IMG/VR virus record: IMGVR_UViG_3300033571_009404 | Location: 1-64,000 of that record | DNA: 64,000 bases | Reading direction: 5' to 3' (one strand) | Shown: piece by piece, positions 29,708 through 39,349 of the stretch | Layout of the letters: each line of letters starts with the position of its first letter | Numbering within the stretch: the stretch's first letter is position 1 | Program-made: the position numbers and the translations under genes | Notes under the pieces: generated by a model | What the model was told of the DNA's origin: nothing | The model's input: the letters and a program-made list of their open reading frames with translations, nothing else | Databases searched by the model: none

Positions 29708-30853
29708 ATGGCTTTGATTTCCCAATCAGTAGACGGCGAGCGTCTGGATCAGCTGGTGCAAAACCGCATCAACACCAATGAAATTATGGACCGTATCCGT
29801 CAGATCAAGAAAGAATCTGAAGGTGTGATCGGTGGTCCTGATGGTGAGTACATCGCCTTATCCGCACTGTTCAAAGAGATCGCTGATATTGGCATTGATG
29901 AGATGGCCAAAGCCGCTGCAGTCCATGTCAAGCGCAAACCGCCAATGAGTGAGGTGGAGTTTGCTAAGCTGTTCTCCAGTGGTAACGATGAAAGCGAGAA
30001 AAGCGAGAAAGATGACTTCATCGTGAATACGCATCGTGATGATCATAAGGACGGTGGTTTCGCATTCACTCCCGGATATTCGCAAGAAGAGTTCGATGCA
30101 TTGCCGCCAGCTACTCAGATCCTTCGTATTGCTGATGAGACTGTACGCGTTATCGTAAGTGATAAAGTACCCGCTAATGGTAAAGAATCGGTGATCCACA
30201 CCATGCAGTCTTTACAATGGGTTAGTAAGTTCGTACAACTGATTGAGAAGTATCTGGGCGTTCAGTATACTGAGAAGTTCACATCGATTCTCGGTTCATA
30301 TGCTGAACAATTGGAGATCTATCAGAATAACAAAAACAGCGCTCTATGGATGCCTGTTCAGATGGTACGTAATGAAATCGAAGACGAGATCAAGATGATC
30401 ATGAACATCCATCCGGATAAGATTCCTGAACTAACCAAACATGAACCCAAGATCGACATCGTCATACGTTCCAATGGACGTCAACAAGGCGCTAGCTATC
30501 TGTCTAACACCATTTATGATTCTCTGAAGATATTGGGTTATCGCAATCTCAGTCAGAACAATCTGCAAGAAGGTAACGGTAGTATTCACAGTCATCACCG
30601 CACGAACTACGAACGCAATGGCATAGCTGTTCAGTATCTACTGGAAATACCGATCACTATCGAAATTGAACAGTTCGATAATGAAGACAAGCAGTGGCGT
30701 GATGGTAAGGGTAATGTGATCGGTGAGCGTAAAGTCAAATTCGATTTTGATGTCGATACCTCTAACCTGCCAGAACATCTGAAAGCACATGGGACTTTGG
30801 TTGATATTCCCAAAGTCTGGCCGAGTACTACTGACACTAACAATAAAGGATAA
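29708..30853 (+). CDS. Hypothetical protein (domain shared with 31358)
   Basis: AAGGAG SD before ATG 29708. Confidence 0.8.
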   Translation: MALISQSVDGERLDQLVQNRINTNEIMDRIRQIKKESEGVIGGPDGEYIALSALFKEIADIGIDEMAKAAAVHVKRKPPMSEVEFAKLFSSGNDESEKSEKDDFIVNTHRDDHKDGGFAFTPGYSQEEFDALPPATQILRIADETVRVIVSDKVPANGKESVIHTMQSLQWVSKFVQLIEKYLGVQYTEKFTSILGSYAEQLEIYQNNKNSALWMPVQMVRNEIEDEIKMIMNIHPDKIPELTKHEPKIDIVIRSNGRQQGASYLSNTIYDSLKILGYRNLSQNNLQEGNGSIHSHHRTNYERNGIAVQYLLEIPITIEIEQFDNEDKQWRDGKGNVIGERKVKFDFDVDTSNLPEHLKAHGTLVDIPKVWPSTTDTNNKG

Positions 30854-30858
30854 GAAAC

Positions 30859-31356
30859 ATGGCGTACGACCGTCAACTCCCATTTGAAATGGGAGAAGGT
30901 ACTACCAAGGCAGCGGTGCTTGCAAACTACCCCGCAATCACAGAAGTCAGTAGACGTGTCCGAGAAGAACACGCTAAAGTCAATCCGGTACTTCCGAAAG
31001 GACCTACGGTGGAAAAAGAGAACCCCATACAAGTTTTCCGGAGTGAATACTTCGCAAATGATCCAGAGATGATCAAACGCCTGCTATTCACTCATCGTCA
31101 AAATCTCCCCAAGACTTCTGACTCGTACTGTGATTACAATCGCTTCAGGGATGTGCATAATAACTACACCAGATCGATCTTAGAAATCGTTCGTGAAGTT
31201 GCTCATGTCGGTACTGGCATCCGGTGCAAGAGCTTTGGCATTGTGTTCGATATTTACAACGGTGCTGAAATCATTTATCAAGAGGTTAACTCTAATGTGG
31301 AACACCGCATTAAGATCACACAACCTCCCAAATATTCTTTTCCTGAAAGGACCTGA
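30859..31356 (+). CDS. Hypothetical protein
   Basis: AAGGA SD. Confidence 0.7.
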   Translation: MAYDRQLPFEMGEGTTKAAVLANYPAITEVSRRVREEHAKVNPVLPKGPTVEKENPIQVFRSEYFANDPEMIKRLLFTHRQNLPKTSDSYCDYNRFRDVHNNYTRSILEIVREVAHVGTGIRCKSFGIVFDIYNGAEIIYQEVNSNVEHRIKITQPPKYSFPERT

Positions 31357-31357
31357 A

Positions 31358-32509
31358 GTGGAACAAAACAACTCTGCTGTTTCTCATCGACCACTGCCAT
31401 TGATCGAAGTCGACGTCAAATGCAATAAAGGACACATCGGCGGTAACTTCATGGCACAGCTGATCGGGCAAGCTCTGACCATTGCCGGGTATAGCCAAAT
31501 CAACTTAAGTCCTACGGTCATGGAGGGTGGTGATCTGCTCTCCAACAAACACCACATCCAAGGACTGCGTCAACGCGTTCACGACATTCCAGTGTTCATC
31601 CATAGTCAGATCATAGAGCGTGATCCTTACCTGCCTCTGCCGACTACGGTAGAATCAGAAATGGAGAAGGTCATGAACGCCGCCATGGAGTACGCCCACA
31701 AGTATTCATTCGTGGGTGATGACTCGATGGTTATTGCCAAGAATCATCTGCAAGAAGTACTGAGTCAATACGGTCAGGAGCTGTATCGCTTAGGCAAACA
31801 ACCAGTACATGGTCTTCCTCTGGAGCAAGAACCCAAGTACACCGTGGATGGCAATCACGTCATCAATCGTTCTTCGGGTGAAGCTATTCCACATGAAGAA
31901 CCTGTCTTCATCTTCCGTGGTCGTGACTCTCTGGCGGTAACAGCACTCATGCTGTATGTGACGTACTTCAATGAAGCCACACCGCACTACAAAGCCATCA
32001 TGAATCGCATTGATGACTTTAAGAAGTTCGCCAAAGAGTATCCGGATCGCATGAAGATGCCTGACACGGTATTGCAAGCCGGTCCTCTGGAACAGCTGAC
32101 CAAAGAGAACGTCATTGCACATAACGTCAATCTGACCAAGAATACCTTGGCTACATTGGCTAACATCTGGCGAGATGGTGTTAAGCGTGATTCGCGCATC
32201 GTAGCTGGTCTTGAGTACTTGATCGAACGTCTGGATCACATTCATGATGATCGCTGGAAATGGGCAGGTGACGAAGCCGAATATGAACGTATGCGTTTAG
32301 CTGCTTGTGGTATTGCAGCGCTGGGTAATACGGAAGAAGCCGTCAAACAGCGCATCGGTCGTGACCATCAATACTTCTCAGCTAGCTACGATGACGTCTG
32401 TCGTTCAGTTGACGCTGAGATCAAGTATCGCGATGAAGCCGCAGCGCTCAAAGATGAAAATGAGAAACTGCGTGCCGAGATTGCTCAACTGAAGAAGTTC
32501 AACGGTTAA
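31358..32509 (+). CDS. Mosaic multi-domain hypothetical protein
   Basis: GTG start after AAGGA; contains IPHEEPVFIFRGRD module and C-terminal coiled coil. Confidence 0.75.
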   Translation: MEQNNSAVSHRPLPLIEVDVKCNKGHIGGNFMAQLIGQALTIAGYSQINLSPTVMEGGDLLSNKHHIQGLRQRVHDIPVFIHSQIIERDPYLPLPTTVESEMEKVMNAAMEYAHKYSFVGDDSMVIAKNHLQEVLSQYGQELYRLGKQPVHGLPLEQEPKYTVDGNHVINRSSGEAIPHEEPVFIFRGRDSLAVTALMLYVTYFNEATPHYKAIMNRIDDFKKFAKEYPDRMKMPDTVLQAGPLEQLTKENVIAHNVNLTKNTLATLANIWRDGVKRDSRIVAGLEYLIERLDHIHDDRWKWAGDEAEYERMRLAACGIAALGNTEEAVKQRIGRDHQYFSASYDDVCRSVDAEIKYRDEAAALKDENEKLRAEIAQLKKFNG

Positions 32510-32539
32510 TTAATAACCATCAACCAATAGGAGAATACC

Positions 32540-32851
32540 ATGCCTGAAGTAAGCCCTATCGAAACCCCATTGACCCGTGACAGCATCGACGATCTGGACA
32601 TCCTGATCCGTAACCAGATCAATGCCGTCTTCCTGAATCTCGGCAGCCTGGAACTGGAACTGAGTTCCATCCTGAACTACCAGCCCAATCTCAAGAGCGA
32701 TGAGGAAAGCGAGACCGTAGAAGTTAAACGCAATGACGAAAGTGAAAAGCCGTCGTCTGAAATGGTTTCGCGTCTGCGTGTCCGTCTGGAACGTCTGGAA
32801 GAACTGAACGCCGCTATCACCAAGATCAAGACGGGCTCGACCCTGAATTAA
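32540..32851 (+). CDS. Helical hypothetical protein
   Basis: AGGAG SD. Confidence 0.75.
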   Translation: MPEVSPIETPLTRDSIDDLDILIRNQINAVFLNLGSLELELSSILNYQPNLKSDEESETVEVKRNDESEKPSSEMVSRLRVRLERLEELNAAITKIKTGSTLN

Positions 32852-32859
32852 GGAGAGTC

Positions 32860-33480
32860 ATGTCCAGAATCGCTTCTGGGAAATACATTGACTGTCTGAT
32901 ACAAGCCAGACCCGTAATGGCACGTAAGTCAGACTTACGTGCTGCCCAGCTGAGGAAAGAACAACCTCAGCTGGGTATCGGTGAAGATGAAGAGATCCTA
33001 TTTGGTCCAGCTGTACCTTCGTTCATGGATTTTCATGAAGGACCAAATTGGCCTGCGTCCTTTGGTATTGAGGATAGGGATCAACGTCAATTCTCGGCAG
33101 CGACATTCCAAGTCAATCGTCCTAATCCCAAGGACACCATCCGTAGTTTGCATCTGTTTCGTAAACCCACATTAACAGAGATTCTCTTTGATAATGAGAA
33201 GTTCGCATTGATGCATGCGTCGTCCATGAGAATCGAAGTACCGTTTATCGGTGGTCGGTTGTTAGACAGTACGATGACGCTTTGGCAAGAACTCTTCATG
33301 GATAAAGAGTATCTTTACAAAGGTGAACGATTTACTCTGTCATCTCTGGATTTCGTAACGGAGATCTATGACCAGCGTCAGCGTCATTTCACCATGTATG
33401 CACGTACTGAGTCCATTGATGTACGTGGGACGTTGTGGGTAGAACGTGAAGACCACAAACTAATCATCAAACCGCTATGA
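32860..33480 (+). CDS. Hypothetical protein
   Basis: AAGGAG SD. Confidence 0.75.
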   Translation: MSRIASGKYIDCLIQARPVMARKSDLRAAQLRKEQPQLGIGEDEEILFGPAVPSFMDFHEGPNWPASFGIEDRDQRQFSAATFQVNRPNPKDTIRSLHLFRKPTLTEILFDNEKFALMHASSMRIEVPFIGGRLLDSTMTLWQELFMDKEYLYKGERFTLSSLDFVTEIYDQRQRHFTMYARTESIDVRGTLWVEREDHKLIIKPL

Positions 33481-33848
33481 TTAAAATCAAATCACTTTAC
33501 CTAAAGTCAGTTATCGGCACCATTGAAGTGGATATCGAGAATGCTCCTGGTAGTGTCTGTAACAAAGAGGACAAGTTGTGGGTCATTGATTTCAGTGTAG
33601 AAAGACTGATTAAAGATGAGCGCACATTCTGGCAAAAGGTAAAGGGATTCCTCTTTGAAGGTAAACACTTTACTCTGAAGCAATTCATGATGACATTCCA
33701 CGTCCATGGTTGGGCCGACTTCAGAGACAGTACTTTAGACATCAATACCGACGGTGTTGGCAACACGAAGTATCTTCCTGAAGTTGTTGGCTACGGTACA
33801 GAAGCATGGCGTGTGAGCGTCAAACCAGAACTAATAGGTCAATCATGA
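33477..33848 (+). CDS. Hypothetical protein
   Basis: ATGA overlap. Confidence 0.7.
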   Translation: MIKIKSLYLKSVIGTIEVDIENAPGSVCNKEDKLWVIDFSVERLIKDERTFWQKVKGFLFEGKHFTLKQFMMTFHVHGWADFRDSTLDINTDGVGNTKYLPEVVGYGTEAWRVSVKPELIGQS

Positions 33849-34153
33849 AGCTATTTGTATTTCGTCCTAATGGACACGGTAGTGAGACGTTTATGGTTGT
33901 GCAAGAAGATGAAGCTGCTGCTCGGACTGCAGTAGATAATCTAATTGCTAAGAACAAGCAAGAATACCAAGAGTACCGACAACGATGCGATAAGGTGCGA
34001 GGTCTACGTGGTACTCGTACTTACATTCCACCTGGTCCTGAGTATCGATATCCTGAGCCAGTGTATGAATTGAATTCTGATGGCTGGGGTACTGATTACT
34101 ACGAGATGGAAGTCTACGAACCCGGTCAAGTGGCCACTAACGAGAATTCGTGA
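33845..34153 (+). CDS. Hypothetical protein
   Basis: ATGA overlap at 33845. Confidence 0.7.
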   Translation: MKLFVFRPNGHGSETFMVVQEDEAAARTAVDNLIAKNKQEYQEYRQRCDKVRGLRGTRTYIPPGPEYRYPEPVYELNSDGWGTDYYEMEVYEPGQVATNENS

Positions 34154-34154
34154 T

Positions 34155-34961
34155 ATGGAAGAACCTAATCCATTTGAGTTATCCCCAGAGCAGATCAAGC
34201 AGTTTCATGAGGAACTTCCTCGTGTAATGAGTCAGCGGCTTGATCTCGATGAGGTAATAAGGGTACAACGAATTCGTAATGAGAGAAAAATGAAAGATCC
34301 AACATACGCACCGGTGTATGCAGCGCTGTACCCTGAGCTGACAAAGATAGCCCGTAAACACGGCTATGCGATGGCGGTTCATGGAACACTTGCAAGGGAT
34401 ATGGACTTGATCTGTGTCCCGTGGATGGACCACGCATCCAAACCTGACGATGTGATTGATGAGATTGTCAATTCGTTCCACATCGTTCGTGTGGGCGGTC
34501 TCACCAGACATGCTCACAATCGTGTTGTTCAAACGATCAGCATCGGACATGGTGAATGCTTCCTCGATCTGTCTTTCATGTATCGTTGGAATACGATTGA
34601 TGAAGTCGATGGCATGCAACGTAGTGAACTTGCTGTATGGAATCTGATTGATTTTTGTGGCAAGAACCCAGTCGAAATCAAAGCAGTCGATCAGAGAGCG
34701 TGGGAGCATCTGATGATCTATATCCCTAAAGAAACACTTCTGAAGGGATTGGAGTTCAAGATGAAACATTCGGATGACCCTGAGAAGCTGCAAAAGGAAA
34801 TCACCCGTATCACAGGTAAGCAACCGGATACATTAGCATCTGTCGAAGAAGCTGAGTTAAACGGTGGTCAGCCTATTGTTCAAGGTGAGTCACACAAGGT
34901 ATTTCAACGGGTAGGGGATCCTATTCCAGACCCATCTAATCAAAAGGAAAACAACACATGA
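34155..34961 (+). CDS. Protein with minimal nucleotidyltransferase-like motif
   Basis: AVHGTLARDMDLICVPW...FLDLSF. Confidence 0.6.
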   Translation: MEEPNPFELSPEQIKQFHEELPRVMSQRLDLDEVIRVQRIRNERKMKDPTYAPVYAALYPELTKIARKHGYAMAVHGTLARDMDLICVPWMDHASKPDDVIDEIVNSFHIVRVGGLTRHAHNRVVQTISIGHGECFLDLSFMYRWNTIDEVDGMQRSELAVWNLIDFCGKNPVEIKAVDQRAWEHLMIYIPKETLLKGLEFKMKHSDDPEKLQKEITRITGKQPDTLASVEEAELNGGQPIVQGESHKVFQRVGDPIPDPSNQKENNT

Positions 34962-35851
34962 ACTACGAAGAAATGCAACAGGCTAAAGTCGATGCCGCAG
35001 AACAGAAACAAAAACAACTTTACCGTCGTATCAAAATAATCGCGGCGGTATTCTTCCTCTTGGTTGTGGGGGTTGTCTTAAATCCGGTGGTGATCGTACA
35101 GCCGGGTTATCGCGGTGTGGTGACACACATGGGCGCTACCCAAAAGGTTGTCTTGGAAGAAGGCTTGAATTTCGTCATGCCGATCCGTGACTCCGTACAT
35201 CAGATTTACGTCGGTATCAAGAAGACTGAAACTGATGGTGAATCGGGTACATCGGATTCCCAGAAAGTCGATGTGAAGGTAGCGATCAATTGGCACCAAC
35301 TGCCGAACTCGACACCTTACATCTACAAAGAACTGGGTAATGATGCTGAATCTCGTATTCTCATGCCAGCAATTCTGGATGCGATGAAGGGTGCTGTTGG
35401 TAAGTTCCGTGCAGAAGAATTGATTGTACAGCGTGACGAAGCACGGAACAAGATTACCGAACGTCTGCGCAAGATCGTTAACCCTCATGGTATCGAAATT
35501 GATGAGACGTCTATCACCAGTCTGTCATTCTCCAAAGCATTCGATAAATCGATCGAAGAGAAGATCGTAGCTGAGCAAAAGAAGAAACAAGCTGAATTCG
35601 ATTTGGCTCGTATCGAAGTGGAAGTGCGCCAAGAGTTAGCCAAGGCTACTGGTGTTGCTGCTCAGATGAAAGCTAAGAGTAAGGAAATCACTCCTGACCT
35701 TCTGGCACAGCAAAAGCTGGATAATGAGCGCGCAGCCATTGATAACCAGAAAGACTTCATTGCTAAGTGGGATGGCAAGCTGTCTAATGTTTCTGGTAGC
35801 GGCGGCATGCCGTTCTTTATGACTTTGCCTTCTACTGGCTCTGGTAAATAA
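34958..35851 (+). CDS. SPFH/Band 7 (prohibitin-like) membrane protein
   Basis: N-terminal TM; VQPGYRGVV..G...LEEGLNF..P; SIEEKIVAEQ; KWDGKL. Confidence 0.92.
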   Translation: MNYEEMQQAKVDAAEQKQKQLYRRIKIIAAVFFLLVVGVVLNPVVIVQPGYRGVVTHMGATQKVVLEEGLNFVMPIRDSVHQIYVGIKKTETDGESGTSDSQKVDVKVAINWHQLPNSTPYIYKELGNDAESRILMPAILDAMKGAVGKFRAEELIVQRDEARNKITERLRKIVNPHGIEIDETSITSLSFSKAFDKSIEEKIVAEQKKKQAEFDLARIEVEVRQELAKATGVAAQMKAKSKEITPDLLAQQKLDNERAAIDNQKDFIAKWDGKLSNVSGSGGMPFFMTLPSTGSGK

Positions 35852-35852
35852 C

Positions 35853-35884
35853 GACATAAGTGGAGTGGGTGATCCCACTCCATT
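35853..35884. terminator. Hairpin preceded by GACATAA tag
   Basis: TGGAGTGGG-TGAT-CCCACTCCA; no U-tract on the + strand. Confidence 0.6.
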
Positions 35885-35898
35885 AACAAGGATAATAA

Positions 35899-37149
35899 AT
35901 GGAAGATACTCGCGTTTTAGCACGCATCGTCCGTATCGACGATGTTTTACCTCACCCCAATGCCGACAAGATGCAACTGGGCATCGTCGGTGGTTGGCAG
36001 TGCTGCATCAAACTGGACGAATTTAAGAAGGGCGATCTGGCCTTGTACTGCGAGATCGATTCTCTCTTGCCTGTCTCGGTCCCTGAATTTGCTTTCCTGG
36101 AAGACCGTAAGGAATCCATCAAGGTAGTCAACGAAGTCGTCTACTCCCGTATCAAGACGATCCGGCTGCGTAAGGAACTGTCCCAAGGTCTGTTGGGTAA
36201 GATCCCACGTCAACTGGGTAAAGTAGTTGAAGGTCAAGACGTGACTGAAGCACTTGGCATCATCAAATACGAGAAGAAGCAAACTCGTGTCAGTGACGGT
36301 CCTGAACTGAAACCTGGTCTGATCAAACGCTTCTGCGAATGGCTGAGGAAAGACATCAAGGATGATCTGCTGCTGCCATGGCCTTACTTCATCAAGAAGA
36401 CAGAACAAGAGCGCGTTCAGAATCTGCATTCCCAGTACCTCAAAGCAGTTGAGGATGGTGAGACCTTTGAAGAATCGGTGAAGTTAAACGGTGAATCGTT
36501 TACTGCCTTCTTCGTATTCAAAGATGGTGTCCATGGTCACGCTGGTGTTTGCTCACGCAACTATGAGATCCAGACTACTGATGTAGTTTGGACCTGGAAG
36601 CAATCCTTCCGTTATTGGCTGTCTCGCTTCGTGGGTGGTAACTCTCGTATTCTGCGGACCCGGCACTTTGTCTGGCCTGATTGGCGTACTGGCGTCAAAG
36701 CCGATGATGATCCATTCGTACGCCACTGGAAACGTTTGGATCTGGCTAAGAAGCTGGAAGACTACCAGTACAAGTCAGGTGTACAGATTGCCATTCAGGG
36801 TGAGTTAGCTGGTCCTGGACATCAGAGCAATAAGGAAGGTCTGGAGACTGCTGACGTCTACGTGTATCAAGTATACGTGATCGATTCTGACTTCGGTATG
36901 AAGATGGGTCTGCTATTACCAGAAGACGCACGTCGGGTGACAGAGGAACTTGGTCTGAAGTACGTTCCTGTTCCTGAGAAGAACGCTAAGCTACCACCTA
37001 CCATCAAGGAAGCCTTGCTGCGTGCGGATGGTCCGGCTTATTTCGATAAGAGCCGCAGTCGTGAAGGTCTGGTCTACAAGAGCAATACCCGTGACTTCTC
37101 GTTCAAGGTGATTAGTAACAAGTTCTTGGAAAAGAACGAGGACGAATAA
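35899..37149 (+). CDS. ATP-dependent RNA ligase, DRB0094/Rnl2-like family
   Basis: HPNADK..GGWQC, YCEIDS, LRKELSQGL, KLNG motif I, CSRN, QGE, EGLVYK, FKVISNKF. Confidence 0.9.
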   Translation: MEDTRVLARIVRIDDVLPHPNADKMQLGIVGGWQCCIKLDEFKKGDLALYCEIDSLLPVSVPEFAFLEDRKESIKVVNEVVYSRIKTIRLRKELSQGLLGKIPRQLGKVVEGQDVTEALGIIKYEKKQTRVSDGPELKPGLIKRFCEWLRKDIKDDLLLPWPYFIKKTEQERVQNLHSQYLKAVEDGETFEESVKLNGESFTAFFVFKDGVHGHAGVCSRNYEIQTTDVVWTWKQSFRYWLSRFVGGNSRILRTRHFVWPDWRTGVKADDDPFVRHWKRLDLAKKLEDYQYKSGVQIAIQGELAGPGHQSNKEGLETADVYVYQVYVIDSDFGMKMGLLLPEDARRVTEELGLKYVPVPEKNAKLPPTIKEALLRADGPAYFDKSRSREGLVYKSNTRDFSFKVISNKFLEKNEDE

Positions 37150-37162
37150 CCTAGAAAATTGA

Positions 37163-37185
37163 AGACACTTATTATTAAAGTGTAG
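37163..37185 (+). promoter_or_regulatory. Putative phage early promoter motif
   Basis: AGACACTTATTATTAAAGTGTAG. Confidence 0.55.
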
Positions 37186-37271
37186 TAGGAAACAGGAGTT
37201 GCTTACAGAGAACTCCTGTCGTAGCACCTTTAGGCAACTGTGCCGCTAACTGAGTGATGAAAGGAATGATC

Positions 37272-37949
37272 ATGGAAATGATGAAGATGATGTTACGCAA
37301 TACCAATAGTGAACTGATCGTTCACGATGACAATCTGATTACGCTGCGAACCATGCGTGGCGTTATCGTCAGTCAAAACCCTGAAGAGGATTCCAATCCT
37401 CGTGAGGGTAAGTTCTACCGTTTGCTGAAACAGTTGTATCTCAGCGAGTTCTACAAGAACCCGTGGGACAACATGATCTGGTCGGCTCACTACAATGCGG
37501 ACGACGCCATCAAAGATACCTACCTCAGCATCTTGAACGAATACAGCAAGAAGTTCTACGGTACTGATCTGGCGAAGTGGGCAATTCAAAATGAGTTCGC
37601 CTACACGAAGAAAGTAAAAGTCGAAGTGCTGGGCATCAAGCGCGATCTTCGTCTGAAGTATACGTTCAATACTCATGGTGAGACGATGAACATCCTCCTG
37701 GAGGGATACATTGCTCACAGCACTGAGAAAGACGAGCAAGCTGTTTGGCCGACTGATGAAGTTGGTGCCTCATTCATCCAGTCTGTTTTCGATGACAACA
37801 ATATCGAGTTGACGATGAAGATTAAACCGAAGTCCATTGGTCGTGGCGAGGTTGAAATCCCTACGTTCATCCCTACCTCGGATGACATCATCGCAGCCAA
37901 CATGAAGAAGTTGGAAGCGTTCTATCACACCACTGAATTCAAATTCTAA
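37272..37949 (+). CDS. Hypothetical protein
   Basis: AAGGA SD before ATG 37272. Confidence 0.8.
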   Translation: MEMMKMMLRNTNSELIVHDDNLITLRTMRGVIVSQNPEEDSNPREGKFYRLLKQLYLSEFYKNPWDNMIWSAHYNADDAIKDTYLSILNEYSKKFYGTDLAKWAIQNEFAYTKKVKVEVLGIKRDLRLKYTFNTHGETMNILLEGYIAHSTEKDEQAVWPTDEVGASFIQSVFDDNNIELTMKIKPKSIGRGEVEIPTFIPTSDDIIAANMKKLEAFYHTTEFKF

Positions 37950-37953
37950 TAAA

Positions 37954-38175
37954 ATGAGCAGCCAATATCTCACTCCAGATGACGAAACCGTAATCGTTAC
38001 TACTAGATCAAAAGGTAATATGAACAATCAAGAACTGCTGGCTGTTCTGCGTCAAACAGGTGGCGGGTTCGCTGCCGCTATGATCAACACCATCGGTGAA
38101 TTCGATCAAGAAATTCATCTGGTTCAAGGTTATAGCGGTGAAGATGATCCCGCTAAGAAACCCACTCTGAATTAA
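37954..38175 (+). CDS. Hypothetical protein
   Basis: ORF in operon. Confidence 0.65.
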   Translation: MSSQYLTPDDETVIVTTRSKGNMNNQELLAVLRQTGGGFAAAMINTIGEFDQEIHLVQGYSGEDDPAKKPTLN

Positions 38176-38188
38176 TAAGGAGAAGTTC

Positions 38189-38584
38189 ATGTATCAAGGT
38201 ATCATCAATTTTCAAGACATCGAAAAGATGCAGCGTCAGTTCGTAGGACGTTTTGCTCCTCTGAAAGATGCTCCGATCAGTTTCAACTTCGTCAATTCGT
38301 TGGGTCTGTGTGGTCTGTACGGGAAGATCATCAACATGCGCATGATCGACGGTAAAGAAGACGGTCACTTCTTTGTCGATCTGGCTCTGGAAACTCCGGT
38401 CGATGGCTTCTACACCGTGCACAAGGATATGCTCTGCGTATTCATGCTCGGTGATGATGGCAACAGCACTCATCCGGATGGTGTCTGGGCACTTTGCTTG
38501 GCTGAAGAATACAGTCAGGTTAAGGCACTCCTGGATCAGTATCACGACAGCCTGGAAGCTGGCGACGATTCACCACCACATTGA
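38189..38584 (+). CDS. Hypothetical protein
   Basis: AAGGAG SD. Confidence 0.75.
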   Translation: MYQGIINFQDIEKMQRQFVGRFAPLKDAPISFNFVNSLGLCGLYGKIINMRMIDGKEDGHFFVDLALETPVDGFYTVHKDMLCVFMLGDDGNSTHPDGVWALCLAEEYSQVKALLDQYHDSLEAGDDSPPH

Positions 38585-38596
38585 TAAGGACTCATC

Positions 38597-39346
38597 ATGC
38601 CTCGGGAAATTACTGAGATGGAAGGATGGGTAGATATGGAGGTGCGTCTGCGCATCTTCCCGTTCTACTACAAGAAGAAGCTCGAACAGTTGTACAAGGA
38701 CGGTAAGGTCAAGAAGGAAGAAGACTTCGCTGTCGTCAAAGAACTGATGCGCGTACTGGATGGGTTCGGTGTCCCCTTCTATGGTGGTGACTTCGAGATG
38801 ATCAAGGGTCAGTGGCCCGAGGCTGAAGTACAGTTCTCTGAGATGTTGGAACCATCTGCACGTTTGAAGTATCTGACTCCAGAACAGCGCAAGCAGTTAG
38901 AGGACGTCATGGGTGACTGTAATCCAGAGAACAACACCGTCTGGGATAACATCCTGAGGGCACTGGAAGTAGCGCGTCAACTGGATCAGTGGGGTATTCC
39001 TCACCATGAATTCCCGCCACCGAAGAGTGACATGGACTGGATGATGCAGGAAATGAAGACGTATCGTCCTTATTACTCTGTACCTTACCATGAAATGATC
39101 ACTAAGCAATGGCAGAAAGGTCTCTCAACTCAGCAGCAGATCGATTGTCTATTCCCACATGAGAAGGAGATCTTGGCTCCTGAACTGATCGCCTACATCG
39201 AAGCCAACACCCCTGAGAAGCGATGGAATTGTGAGAAAGCATTGGAGCGAGCCATGAAGGTGTTGGGTGTTCCCAGTACGGTCAGTGAACTCAATTCCCG
39301 TAATGCATTCAAAGATCGTATTTTGGCTGTTATCGAAAAGGAGTAA
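38597..39346 (+). CDS. Hypothetical protein
   Basis: AAGGA SD. Confidence 0.8.
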   Translation: MPREITEMEGWVDMEVRLRIFPFYYKKKLEQLYKDGKVKKEEDFAVVKELMRVLDGFGVPFYGGDFEMIKGQWPEAEVQFSEMLEPSARLKYLTPEQRKQLEDVMGDCNPENNTVWDNILRALEVARQLDQWGIPHHEFPPPKSDMDWMMQEMKTYRPYYSVPYHEMITKQWQKGLSTQQQIDCLFPHEKEILAPELIAYIEANTPEKRWNCEKALERAMKVLGVPSTVSELNSRNAFKDRILAVIEKE

Positions 39347-39349
39347 TTG

